Assembly (NCBI GenBank): GCA_044236265.1
Contig: JBIIGV010000049.1
Coordinates: 1 to 20,170, forward strand
Direction: 5' to 3'
Length of the DNA stretch: 20,170 nucleotides
DNA from: Oligoflexales bacterium
GTDB taxonomy: Bacteria; Bdellovibrionota_B; Oligoflexia; Oligoflexales; RGVZ01
The stretch's first letter is position 1. Each line of letters begins with the position of its first letter. The position numbers and the translations under genes were made by a program. Shown here one piece after another: positions 7,980 to 16,773 of this stretch. Under the pieces are notes generated by a model. The model made no database searches. It was not told the origin of the DNA and saw only the letters and a program-made list of their open reading frames with translations.

Positions 7980-9431
7980 CTAAAATCCTCGCGAGGTGAA
8001 GGATAGCGTCAGTTCAAATCCCCATTTAACAGGGGTGCGCTTTTGTAACAGAGCATGTTTCGGCTCTTGAGCATAGATATAGTACGGACCAAAGCCCCAT
8101 TGGACGCCGTGTTTCGGACCACGCAGTATGTGGATACGTGGCCGTACGAAAAACGATCCATCCGATTCATCGTAGGTTGGTTTCGTCGTGGATGTTTCTT
8201 CATCCTCCTCAGCATCAGGATCCTGATTAGCGTTGGACTGCGCCTGACGCGCTGCCTCCACATCCCTTATTCTGTATCCCAAAGCCCCAAATGTCGCTCC
8301 GGTTAACAGTCGCGTATGATCTGAAAGCTCCCATTGTAAATCTGTCGACATTCCGATTCCAAAGGAGGAAATATCGTAATACTTTTTGTTGTAAAGAAAG
8401 CGCGGTGAATTTAGATCCGTATAAAAGTCGAAGCCAAGCCGGTAAAAGTTGTAAATCATCGATGAAAAATTGAAATGAAAACGTGCAACCGGAACTTTAC
8501 CGAGTTCAGAACCACTCAGTCCCAATTCCAGCCGATGATTTGTGAAATTCTCGTACTCAATCAGGTTTGCTTCTGAGGGATTTAAAGGCAGCGACAGTGC
8601 AAAGTCATCAAATGTACTCGAGAATGACGTCTCTCGCGCAGGAAATTCCGGAAATCTCGTTTTATGCTGCGCCATTTCATATTCAAAACTGGCTGGATTT
8701 ACGAAGTCAAAGGCATCGGGCATACTTAGGGGGATATCTCGATCCTTTTTGGGAATTTTCTTAAACCCCCAGTCCGGTCTTTTCAATCGAATAATATTCA
8801 TATTCGACGGTGAAGCAACCTTCTCACCAATCCAAACGGTCCTCTCTTCTTTAGCGTCCCATAACGCCAACTTGATCGTCATAACTCGTGTTGCCGTATA
8901 AATTTTTTCTACGTAGTGTTTTTTAAGAGGCATATTGTATTGATAGCCATATCGCACTGATTCGCCAGCGAAGACGAAAAAAAACAGAAATCTGATGTCC
9001 TGGTTTGAATCCCGAATTCTCTTCACGTCAGAGGGTTCGAGTGGCTCCTTCTTCAGAACCCTTTCAGCGATTGCATCAAGATTTTCAATCGTGCTTATTT
9101 TCTCGAATGCACCACCAGCGCCGAAAACACGAATATCTTTTCGTCTTTTAAAGAAGACCTGCTTAAATTTCTCCGGATAGGCGAGATTTTGTTCCTTCGA
9201 GAAAGGCGTCACTGTGTCCTCACGCCCCTCCGGAAACTTAACATCACCTCTTAAATCTAAAAGAGGCGTCATCAAAATTTGGTCACGTTTCAGAGAATTC
9301 CAATCAAAGTTACTGTCGGAATCGACTTTTGCCAAATTGGCAGATACGCAAGAAGTAAGAAATAGCGCAGCAGCAGCCAAAAAAAACCTGAGACTGTGAT
9401 TAATTGGCTTATGAGCTTTTACGTCGATCAT
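7980..9431 (-). CDS. Hypothetical lipoprotein with predicted C-terminal beta-barrel
   Basis: 483-aa ORF; signal peptide II with lipobox LTSC (Cys28); alpha/beta N-terminal half; about 8 aromatic/Gly amphipathic strands ending WGFELTLSFTSRGF. Confidence 0.7.
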   Translation of the reverse strand: MIDVKAHKPINHSLRFFLAAAALFLTSCVSANLAKVDSDSNFDWNSLKRDQILMTPLLDLRGDVKFPEGREDTVTPFSKEQNLAYPEKFKQVFFKRRKDIRVFGAGGAFEKISTIENLDAIAERVLKKEPLEPSDVKRIRDSNQDIRFLFFFVFAGESVRYGYQYNMPLKKHYVEKIYTATRVMTIKLALWDAKEERTVWIGEKVASPSNMNIIRLKRPDWGFKKIPKKDRDIPLSMPDAFDFVNPASFEYEMAQHKTRFPEFPARETSFSSTFDDFALSLPLNPSEANLIEYENFTNHRLELGLSGSELGKVPVARFHFNFSSMIYNFYRLGFDFYTDLNSPRFLYNKKYYDISSFGIGMSTDLQWELSDHTRLLTGATFGALGYRIRDVEAARQAQSNANQDPDAEEDEETSTTKPTYDESDGSFFVRPRIHILRGPKHGVQWGFGPYYIYAQEPKHALLQKRTPVKWGFELTLSFTSRGF

Positions 9432-9452
9432 GCGCAGAATTCACCGATACAT

Positions 9453-10109
9453 TTATTTGTTTTTAGATGTCTTAGGAATCGTAACATTTATACCAGGTTC
9501 GGAAAATATAGCCGTCGCTCGAGCAACGGCTCGACCAAGATCACTCAAGGACTTGGCTCGCATTTTTGAGAGAATATGAACTCGGTGATTATCCACTGTA
9601 CGCGCGGAGATCTGTAGAATATTACCGATAGATCGGCTTGACTGACCTTCTATAATCATGCCGAGAATTTCCCGTTCTCTCGATGTCAGAGTCTGCATAT
9701 CAGACCACACCTGAACATCTGCTGAATGGCGTTCCCAAACCTCTAGGGCCCATCCAAGAGCCTGCTCGATCTTTGCCAACAGAACATCTGGCTCAATCGG
9801 CTTTTCTAAAACGTCGAAAGCCCCAGTCTTCATGACTTTTACCGTCAGACTAACGTCTGCATAGCCAGTCAATAGAATTGCTGGATAAATAGGCAACCAT
9901 TTTGCAATTGACTCTAAAGCTTGAAGTCCCGATAGCTCTGGCATGCGTTCGTCTATGACGATGCAGCCGCGTTGCTCCGGTTCGAATACAGACAAAAATT
10001 GGATTGCGGACGGCGACACCACCACACGATAGCCCTTGGTCTGCAAATATTTTGCAAACATCCGGCTCGTGGCCTCCTCATCGTCTACGATGTAAATCGT
10101 CGGAATCAA
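9453..10109 (-). CDS. FixJ/NarL-type response regulator (REC + LuxR HTH)
   Basis: IYIVDD, CIVIDERMPELSG, LLTGYADV, GAFDVLEKP, and HTH LTSREREIL...ISARTVDNHRVHILSKM. Start placed at TTG 10109 (GAGG 6 nt upstream) rather than ATG 10151. Confidence 0.92.
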   Translation of the reverse strand: MIPTIYIVDDEEATSRMFAKYLQTKGYRVVVSPSAIQFLSVFEPEQRGCIVIDERMPELSGLQALESIAKWLPIYPAILLTGYADVSLTVKVMKTGAFDVLEKPIEPDVLLAKIEQALGWALEVWERHSADVQVWSDMQTLTSREREILGMIIEGQSSRSIGNILQISARTVDNHRVHILSKMRAKSLSDLGRAVARATAIFSEPGINVTIPKTSKNK

Positions 10110-10154
10110 CGAGTGCCTCAACTTAAGTATGGTCACAAAAAGAGATAACATCTT

Positions 10155-10165
10155 ATTTTAGCACA
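10155..10165 (-). promoter_or_regulatory. Extended -10 promoter for the FixJ-type gene
   Basis: The minus strand reads TGTGCTAAAAT, near-identical to the aroB promoter. It implies a start site near 10148, downstream of ATG 10151, which supports the TTG 10109 start. Confidence 0.5.
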
Positions 10166-10197
10166 ACTTCTTAGCCCGAGCTTGGCTCTTCGGCATA

Positions 10198-10227
10198 TTT
10201 ACTGACACTGGGCTGAACGGGTATACT
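10198..10227 (+). promoter_or_regulatory. Putative sigma70 promoter for sixA-esterase
   Basis: TTTACT (10198-10203), 18 bp, TATACT (10222-10227). Confidence 0.4.
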
Positions 10228-10278
10228 AAAGCCTTAAAACAACTGTCGTGAAACCGTCTTTTTTGGACAATTTTTTAA

Positions 10279-10761
10279 ATGAAGCATCTGACACTTGTAT
10301 TAGTTCGACACGCTGAGGCGGCCACACTGGCTGAGTCCGACCATGCTCGTCCACTGACGCCCTCTGGCCGATCTCAAGCGACATCCATCGGACCGTCTTT
10401 GACAAAAATTATTGGGTCCTGTGATATTGCCATCGTCAGCTCTGCGATCCGCGCTAAAGAGACTTTGGAGCAAATTTCAAAAACTCTACCTATACACAAA
10501 ACCGAGATTGACCCGGGCCTTTACACCGCACATAGCGACGTCGAATTTTCAAAAGTCATTCAATCTCATACCTCTGAGACGACCCAGAAGATACTTGTCG
10601 TCGGTCACAATCCAGTGATCAGCGTGAGCGCAAATATTTATTCGGGACAATCGTTGCACTTCGCAACCGGAGAATTTTTAGTTTTAAGCCAACACGCCGA
10701 CTCATGGGAACTTGCATTAGGTTTGGACGGTTGCTGGCAAGCATTAAACTCTTCGACGTAA
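10279..10761 (+). CDS. sixA: Phosphohistidine phosphatase SixA family
   Basis: LVLVRHAEA, DHARPLTPSG, VSSAIRAKET, ILVVGHNP; 160 aa. Confidence 0.88.
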   Translation: MKHLTLVLVRHAEAATLAESDHARPLTPSGRSQATSIGPSLTKIIGSCDIAIVSSAIRAKETLEQISKTLPIHKTEIDPGLYTAHSDVEFSKVIQSHTSETTQKILVVGHNPVISVSANIYSGQSLHFATGEFLVLSQHADSWELALGLDGCWQALNSST

Positions 10762-10780
10762 TTATCAGAAAGAAAACAAC

Positions 10781-11812
10781 ATGACTGTGAATAGTTGGGA
10801 TATCCCTCATGAATCTGGAGCAATTATCAGATATTTCACTCTAAAAAGTGATGTTCTGGAACGCACATGCAAAGCTGGATTCAGTTCAAACCGAACTCAC
10901 GCGGTTTACATCCCAAAAGCAGCGGATCCAGCCTCACCATTACCTATCGTCTACCTCCTAGCTCCCTGGACAAGTGCAGGTCGGACCATGTTCAACTGGG
11001 AGCCGTTTCGCGAAGATTTACCAACGCGACTAGGCCGGTTAATCGATCAGAAGGTTATTCCCCCATGTATAGTGGTCTCTCCTGACTTATTTATCGATTA
11101 TGGCGGAAGTCAGTTTATAAACAGCACTTGGATTGGAAATCACGCAGATCACGTTTTAGATGAGCTCATACCGTATGTTGAAAAAAATTTTCCGGTAAAG
11201 AAGGGATGGCAGCATCGAGCCGTGATGGGACGATCCTCAGGAGGATTTGGAGCATTAAGGTTTGCTTTGGACCGAGACTCCACATTTGCAGCGGTCGCCT
11301 GTCATGCAGGCGATATCGGGTTTGAATGGACCTACAGGCGAAGCTTGATCGACATGTGTACAGGACTCTATAAATACCAAGATCCCTTGATTTGGATGAC
11401 TGAGCTAAAAAAGCAAAAAAAGATTTCAGGATTTGACACACACATTCTTATGCTGCTTGGCATGGCGGCTTTCTATAGCCCCAACCCTGCTCAGCCAGTC
11501 GGGTTTGACCTGCCAATCACACTGCGCAATGGGGAAATTATCGAATCAGTCTGGGCAAGATGGCTTCAAAATGACCCCTTGGAAATCATCAACTCGTCCA
11601 AGGCCCAAGACCGACTGGGAGCATTGAAATGTCTATTTCTCGACTGCGGAAATCGCGATCAGTACTTCCTGCATTTCGGAGCACGGCAATTTTCTGAAAA
11701 ATTAAAAAAGGCTGGCATTAAACATAGCTATGCGGAATTCGATGATAACCACAGCGGAACAAGCTATCGCTTCGACGACAGTCTGCCGCAAGTACTGGCC
11801 GCTATATCGTAA
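10781..11812 (+). CDS. Alpha/beta hydrolase, enterochelin-esterase-like putative esterase
   Basis: VYIP...PIVYLL, DELIPYVE, nucleophile elbow GRSSGG, FLDCGNRDQY, catalytic His in FDDNHS; no signal peptide. Confidence 0.85.
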   Translation: MTVNSWDIPHESGAIIRYFTLKSDVLERTCKAGFSSNRTHAVYIPKAADPASPLPIVYLLAPWTSAGRTMFNWEPFREDLPTRLGRLIDQKVIPPCIVVSPDLFIDYGGSQFINSTWIGNHADHVLDELIPYVEKNFPVKKGWQHRAVMGRSSGGFGALRFALDRDSTFAAVACHAGDIGFEWTYRRSLIDMCTGLYKYQDPLIWMTELKKQKKISGFDTHILMLLGMAAFYSPNPAQPVGFDLPITLRNGEIIESVWARWLQNDPLEIINSSKAQDRLGALKCLFLDCGNRDQYFLHFGARQFSEKLKKAGIKHSYAEFDDNHSGTSYRFDDSLPQVLAAIS

Positions 11813-11823
11813 AAAACATCCGC

Positions 11824-13284
11824 TCAGGCCATCGGAGCTGAAGGCATGGTGGCCAAGGTTTGGATACAGTCACGCATACGGAATCGAACCATCTCTCGAC
11901 CAATCAGCTCCATGCTTTCAAACAAAGGTGGAGAGTCTTTGCGACCTGTGACCACGAGGCGAAGCGTCATAAAAATATCCTTCGGCTTCCATCCAATCTC
12001 ATCTTTGTAGGCTTCAATCACGGCCTTGATGCGCTCGTGCTCCCAATCGTAAAGATCGTCCAGTTTTTCTACCAGGCCACTTAGCATTCCCATAATATCA
12101 GAAGCAGATTTTCCTTTCGGAATAATCTCAGCGCCGCGGTAGTCCAAGGCACCATTGAAGAAAAATGAGTTGTTGTCGACAAACTGCTCAAAACGGGACA
12201 TTCGCTCCAGAACAAATGGCTTTAATGCGCGTAAATAGTCATCTGTGAAAATCTCATTACGTACAAAATTTACAAATTGGTCCGTCGACATCTTGTGCAT
12301 GTAGTGCGCATTCATCCAGGTCAACTTGACAGTATCAAAAACCGGACCTCCGAGATGGATATCTTTGAAATCAAACTTCTTCATCATCTCTTCGATCGTG
12401 AAGAACTCGACATCATCACCAAAACTCCAACCCATATTGGCGAGAAAATTCATCAGAGTGACAGGTAGAATTCCCGCGCGCTGGTAATAGGTTAGAGCAA
12501 CCGGGTTTTTCCTTTTAGAAATTTTTGACTTATCGGCGTTACGCAAAAGCGGTAAATGGGCAAACTTTGGCTTTTCCCACCCAAACGCATCGTAAAGGAC
12601 AACGTGTTTAGGGGTGCTGTTAATCCACTCTTCGGCGCGAATCACATGCGAAATTTTCATAAGGTGGTCATCGACCACATTGGCTAGATGGTAGGTTGGA
12701 TAGCCATCACTCTTCAAAAGCACCTGATCATCCAGGCGGTCATTTTCTATTTCCACGACACCGCGGATCTCATCCACAAAACTTGTGACTCCAGACACAG
12801 GCATTTTTAGACGAATGACGTGAGGTTGACCCATTTTCAGTTGGTCCTCGACCTCGGAGTCTTTTAGTCCCCGGCAGTGGCGGTCGTAAGCTGTTGTAAC
12901 GCCTGCCTCTCGCTGCTGTGCTCGGACTGCATCTAAGCGCTCAGCCGTGCAGAAGCAACGGTAAGCATGACCTGACTTTATCAGTAAATCCGCATGTTCC
13001 CGGTAAATGGCGGTCCTTTCAGACTGCCTGTAAGGGCCACAGCTGCCGCCCTTATCTGGCCCCTCGTCCCATTCTAGCCCAAGCCAGCGTAGGCTCCTCA
13101 TGATCATGGCCTCTGAGCTGGATTTAGCCCTCACCTGGTCCGTATCTTCGATACGAAGCAGGAAGTCTCCGCCGTGCTTTTTGGCATAGACGTAGTTAAA
13201 AAGAGCAACATAGGCCGTCCCAACGTGGGGGTCGCCGGTGGGTGATGGGGCAATGCGAACGCGGACTTTTTTGAAATAGCTCAT
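11824..13284 (-). CDS. gltX: Glutamate--tRNA ligase
   Basis: RIAPSPTGDPHVG (HIGH), LRIEDTD, GPYRQSER, YRCFC, PTYHLANVVDDH, KISKR (KMSKS), plus a C-terminal anticodon-binding domain (LRLVVTG..SPPL). ATG 13284 preferred over TTG 13326. Confidence 0.97.
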   Translation of the reverse strand: MSYFKKVRVRIAPSPTGDPHVGTAYVALFNYVYAKKHGGDFLLRIEDTDQVRAKSSSEAMIMRSLRWLGLEWDEGPDKGGSCGPYRQSERTAIYREHADLLIKSGHAYRCFCTAERLDAVRAQQREAGVTTAYDRHCRGLKDSEVEDQLKMGQPHVIRLKMPVSGVTSFVDEIRGVVEIENDRLDDQVLLKSDGYPTYHLANVVDDHLMKISHVIRAEEWINSTPKHVVLYDAFGWEKPKFAHLPLLRNADKSKISKRKNPVALTYYQRAGILPVTLMNFLANMGWSFGDDVEFFTIEEMMKKFDFKDIHLGGPVFDTVKLTWMNAHYMHKMSTDQFVNFVRNEIFTDDYLRALKPFVLERMSRFEQFVDNNSFFFNGALDYRGAEIIPKGKSASDIMGMLSGLVEKLDDLYDWEHERIKAVIEAYKDEIGWKPKDIFMTLRLVVTGRKDSPPLFESMELIGREMVRFRMRDCIQTLATMPSAPMA

Positions 13285-13431
13285 TGAGTCGAAACCTAGC
13301 TTTCTTAGTCTTGAATCCTTAAGCAAGTCACTGTATACAACGGAGCCGACATTGCTGTTTTTAAGACCACTACAACCCGCAAGTACGGCTAGCAGAGTCG
13401 TTAGAATCGATTACACGAGGCAATCTTTTAA

Positions 13432-14400
13432 ATGAACGGTCTGAATTCCTCAACAAATACCTTGGGACAAGACACGCTGGATACCCCGGTCTCCGATGAT
13501 CGCAGAAGCACGCTTTTTGTCCGGGATGTTGGCAAGATAGACAGCGCTTTATTCGATCCGGGCTTGGGGATTATCGGGCAAAGCTGGTACGTGGACGTCT
13601 GGCTGACCGGAACCCTCGATGAAAACGGATTTGTCTTTGATTTTAGCCCACTTAAGGCTCTTATTCGGCAGACATTGGCTAGCACCCTGGACCACGCCTT
13701 GATTATTCCGGTGGGGAGTCAGACCGTCCAGTTCAGTGAGTTTGGATCCGGGGAGCGCTGGACCCTAAAAAGCAAGCCGCGTGGCGAAACCAGAGAATCA
13801 CGCTGGGAGTACTCATCCCCTAAAGGATCGGTATTCCCTGTTCATACAATCGCACTCAAGACGACCAATATTGAGCAAGAGTTTGGCCGGATTCTGCGAC
13901 ATAGGCTTCCACCCAGCGTGCACCATTTAGCTGTAAAACTACGCGAGGAAAGCATTGCTCCCACAGAGGCTAGCTTTCGATACACACACGGCATCAAAGG
14001 CCATAACGGCCTATGCCAACGACTTTTTCATGGTCACCGCAGCCGGATAGAAATTTTCATTGGCGAAGAGCGACGACCTGATCTTGAGCACTTTGTTGCA
14101 CGTGAAATTTTCGGCTCCAACATTCACATCGCCACAGTCGACCAGATCAAATCAGGAGATGGAGACGTCGGTTATCGTGGTAAAACTGACGCGCCAGTAA
14201 CCTTGGCCTACAACGGAACACTAGGATCCTTCGAGGCTACGCTACCCTCGAATCGCGTTTTCTTCGTCGAGGGAGAGACCAGCATTGAGTCGATGGCGCG
14301 GGAAGTGGCGCGATTGATCAAGCGTGAGGAAAAGCCGTCCGACAAGATCCGGGCCGTCTGCTACGAAGGAATTGATAAAGGCGCAGAGTTCATTCTCTGA
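13432..14400 (+). CDS. Tandem-domain 6-carboxytetrahydropterin synthase / PTPS-like protein (COG0720, QueD-like)
   Basis: The N-domain has GFVFDFSPLK...LDH; the C-domain has YTH...CQRLFHGHRSRIEI and ETSIE. At 322 aa it is over twice the length of a canonical QueD. Confidence 0.8.
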   Translation: MNGLNSSTNTLGQDTLDTPVSDDRRSTLFVRDVGKIDSALFDPGLGIIGQSWYVDVWLTGTLDENGFVFDFSPLKALIRQTLASTLDHALIIPVGSQTVQFSEFGSGERWTLKSKPRGETRESRWEYSSPKGSVFPVHTIALKTTNIEQEFGRILRHRLPPSVHHLAVKLREESIAPTEASFRYTHGIKGHNGLCQRLFHGHRSRIEIFIGEERRPDLEHFVAREIFGSNIHIATVDQIKSGDGDVGYRGKTDAPVTLAYNGTLGSFEATLPSNRVFFVEGETSIESMAREVARLIKREEKPSDKIRAVCYEGIDKGAEFIL

Positions 14401-14427
14401 CCTGAATTCTCTCTCTCATGACCCATA

Positions 14428-15216
14428 CTACATTCCAAAAGATACCTTAGCGGCAAAACTCGCTGGGTCGCGTCCGACCTGACTGTATTCTAATGCTGCG
14501 TTGCAAAATGGCGGCAGCAGCTGGTACTGCAACCCCACTGATCTGTTTGTCCTCGCGAGAACCCGTCTCACTTCACCTTCTGGGCCCTCAGACAGACTCA
14601 AACTCGTTCCGTAAGTATCTCCGTAATGAAGACGCAGGTCATGACGAGCTAATCCGTAGGATCCGTAGACTGTAAATAAACGTAGGAAACCATAACTCGC
14701 TAACACGCTTCCCTCTATGGCTGATGCATCAGTCGTCGCCATTCCGACGAAACGACTGTATTGCCCGCGCAGGGCGAGAGCGGGGCGCGCAAATGCCTCG
14801 TATATGGTCCATTGGAGGTAACCAGCGATGAACTTTGAATCTGTGCTTGGATCACGCGCTAGCCCTGCCCCGATGTCGAGAGACCACGGCAAACCCTTAT
14901 GAACGTGCACCTGGCCCATGGTGACACGCCCCTTGTTGGTATCATTACCTGTCGCATCGACTCCCGCCTGACGCCAATGCTCGCGTCTAAGTCGATAACT
15001 GTCAGGGCCAGCATAACTGACCAGACCAGCCCCAATCCCAACGCCCAGAGTTCCATGACTTCCTGCATGTTCAAGCGGAGAGTAGTGATTCACCCGCGAT
15101 AAAAAATCAAAGTAGTCAGATAACTCTGCGTCGCTCACGGTCGCAGTTGCATGACTCATATCTATAGCAAACAAAATCGATAAAAAAATCAGCCTAGACG
15201 AGCACCTAGCAACCAT
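14428..15216 (-). CDS. Hypothetical exported protein, probable outer-membrane beta-barrel
   Basis: ATG 15216 with GGAGA upstream; signal peptide ending SHA|T; a helix followed by alternating strands (LGVGIGAGL, VHVHKGLPWSLDIGAG, GYLQWT, LALRGQYS, TVYGSYG, AKVSFGM). Confidence 0.65.
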   Translation of the reverse strand: MVARCSSRLIFLSILFAIDMSHATATVSDAELSDYFDFLSRVNHYSPLEHAGSHGTLGVGIGAGLVSYAGPDSYRLRREHWRQAGVDATGNDTNKGRVTMGQVHVHKGLPWSLDIGAGLARDPSTDSKFIAGYLQWTIYEAFARPALALRGQYSRFVGMATTDASAIEGSVLASYGFLRLFTVYGSYGLARHDLRLHYGDTYGTSLSLSEGPEGEVRRVLARTNRSVGLQYQLLPPFCNAALEYSQVGRDPASFAAKVSFGM

Positions 15217-15264
15217 GTTTTTATCTCTCCGGTTTTCAATCGATTTGCCGATCAGGACCCGAAA

Positions 15265-15855
15265 ATGGATATAGCGTTCATTGATCATTATGACAGTTTC
15301 AGCTTCAACGTTCTAGACTGGCTGAAACGCGCTGGCGAGGGGCGTATTTCCATAAAAAGAATTGTCGCAGGTGATGAGGCGTCATTGGCACGAGTCAAAT
15401 ACTCACCGATTCCCATTGTTATTTCACCAGGTCCCGGGCGACCATCCGACTACCCTCGTACGCTCGAACTTTTAAAAAACCTTATCGACAAGGTTCCTAT
15501 TCTTGGCATTTGTCTGGGACATCAAATGCTGGGCGAGCTTGCCGGGGGAAAGATTATTAAGGCATCTAATCCTTGGCACGGAACTACGTCATCAATTCGT
15601 GTAACTGCGCACAATTGGTTTACGGAAAATCTACCAGGGCAATTTAATGCTATCGCTTACAATTCACTCGTAATTGATCCACAACAAATTTGCTCCAAAG
15701 AATGGCTAACACTTGGGTCAAATCAAATAGGCGAATTGATGATGATGAGTCATGCCACGAAACCCATCGCGTCGGTCCAATTTCACCCTGAATCATTTGG
15801 TTCGGAATGTGGTCTAACGCTCGCGAAAAATTTCATTAAACGGCTATCTTCATAA
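15265..15855 (+). CDS. Class I glutamine amidotransferase, anthranilate/aminodeoxychorismate synthase component II (TrpG/PabA)
   Basis: FIDHYDSFSFN, ISPGPGRP, catalytic GICLGHQ, QFHPES. Confidence 0.93.
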   Translation: MDIAFIDHYDSFSFNVLDWLKRAGEGRISIKRIVAGDEASLARVKYSPIPIVISPGPGRPSDYPRTLELLKNLIDKVPILGICLGHQMLGELAGGKIIKASNPWHGTTSSIRVTAHNWFTENLPGQFNAIAYNSLVIDPQQICSKEWLTLGSNQIGELMMMSHATKPIASVQFHPESFGSECGLTLAKNFIKRLSS

Positions 15856-15923
15856 CATCTAATACAGCGAATCCGGTATAATCGTATCTGATAAAAAAAT
15901 ATCCCAGACCCAAAGAGGCAAAA

Positions 15924-16736
15924 ATGAACTCACCAAAATGGCTCGTTGTCATTGCTGTTCTCGGGCTTTTCGGAAATACATTGAATAGCGGTCACGCCCA
16001 TGCGCAGGCTTTAGAGCCGAAAAAGGCAAATGTTGCTGCAAGACCTTGGCTAGGCATCGCCATTGATCAGGGATCCAAGGGTGTTTTAGTAAAAGGCGTC
16101 TTACCCGATACGCCCGCAGAAACGGCCGGTTTTCAGGTTGGAGATGAGGTTCTGAAAATTGACAAATCAGTCGTCAAAAATCCAAACGAGCTTATCAACA
16201 TCATAGGTGCATCTGGCATCGGACAAACCGTTACCATAGAAATTCTACGAAACAAAAAGACGATCACAAAAAAATTAAAACTGGTTCTCAAACCTGACGA
16301 ACTGCAGCTACTTCGCGATCGACTGGTTGCAAAGCCCGCTCCAAGCTTTGATCTCGAGGTGATTCATGGCAAGGAGACAGGAAGCCTTGAAAAGCTTAAG
16401 GGACGGATTGTAGTCGTTGAATTTTGGGCCACATGGTGCCCGGCATGCCGTGCTACGCATCCAAGACTATCTGAGTTTGCTGCTCAAAATCCAAAAATCG
16501 CTGTTCTCGCTATCAGCGAAGAAGAAAAAGACGTTCTCCAAAGCTATGCAAATCGATTAAAACCGAATTTCACAATTCTTCGCGATGCAGATGGTAAGTC
16601 TCCAGCCGCCTGGTCAGCAGGATCCATTCCAATGCTGAGCGTGATCGGCAAAGATGGAAAAGTTATGTTTGTTACGGTCGGAGCTGGAGATGCTGCGGAG
16701 GAAGCTCTTAAGTTTGCCGCTTCGATGACAAAATAA
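15924..16736 (+). CDS. Exported PDZ + TlpA-family thioredoxin-fold oxidoreductase
   Basis: Signal peptide (AHA|QA); PDZ (RPWLGI, TPAETAGFQVGDEVLKID); then APSF, VVVEFWATWCPAC and cis-Pro loop SIP. GAGG lies upstream of the start. Confidence 0.88.
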   Translation: MNSPKWLVVIAVLGLFGNTLNSGHAHAQALEPKKANVAARPWLGIAIDQGSKGVLVKGVLPDTPAETAGFQVGDEVLKIDKSVVKNPNELINIIGASGIGQTVTIEILRNKKTITKKLKLVLKPDELQLLRDRLVAKPAPSFDLEVIHGKETGSLEKLKGRIVVVEFWATWCPACRATHPRLSEFAAQNPKIAVLAISEEEKDVLQSYANRLKPNFTILRDADGKSPAAWSAGSIPMLSVIGKDGKVMFVTVGAGDAAEEALKFAASMTK

Positions 16737-16773
16737 AATTAACCACAGCAATAATAGCTTTGCCTAGGATCAA

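Noticed and set aside
11824..13284. GluQ-RS (glutamyl-queuosine synthetase), suggested by the adjacent QueD-like gene
   Set aside because: The protein is full length (486 aa) with the anticodon-binding domain; GluQ-RS lacks it and is about 300 aa.
14407..14417. Short (TC)n run between convergent genes
   Set aside because: Only about five units, intergenic at two 3' ends; no plausible phase-variation role.
15217..15288. Longer start (15288) for the minus-strand OMP overlapping the amidotransferase gene
   Set aside because: ATG 15216 has an RBS and yields a proper signal peptide without overlap.
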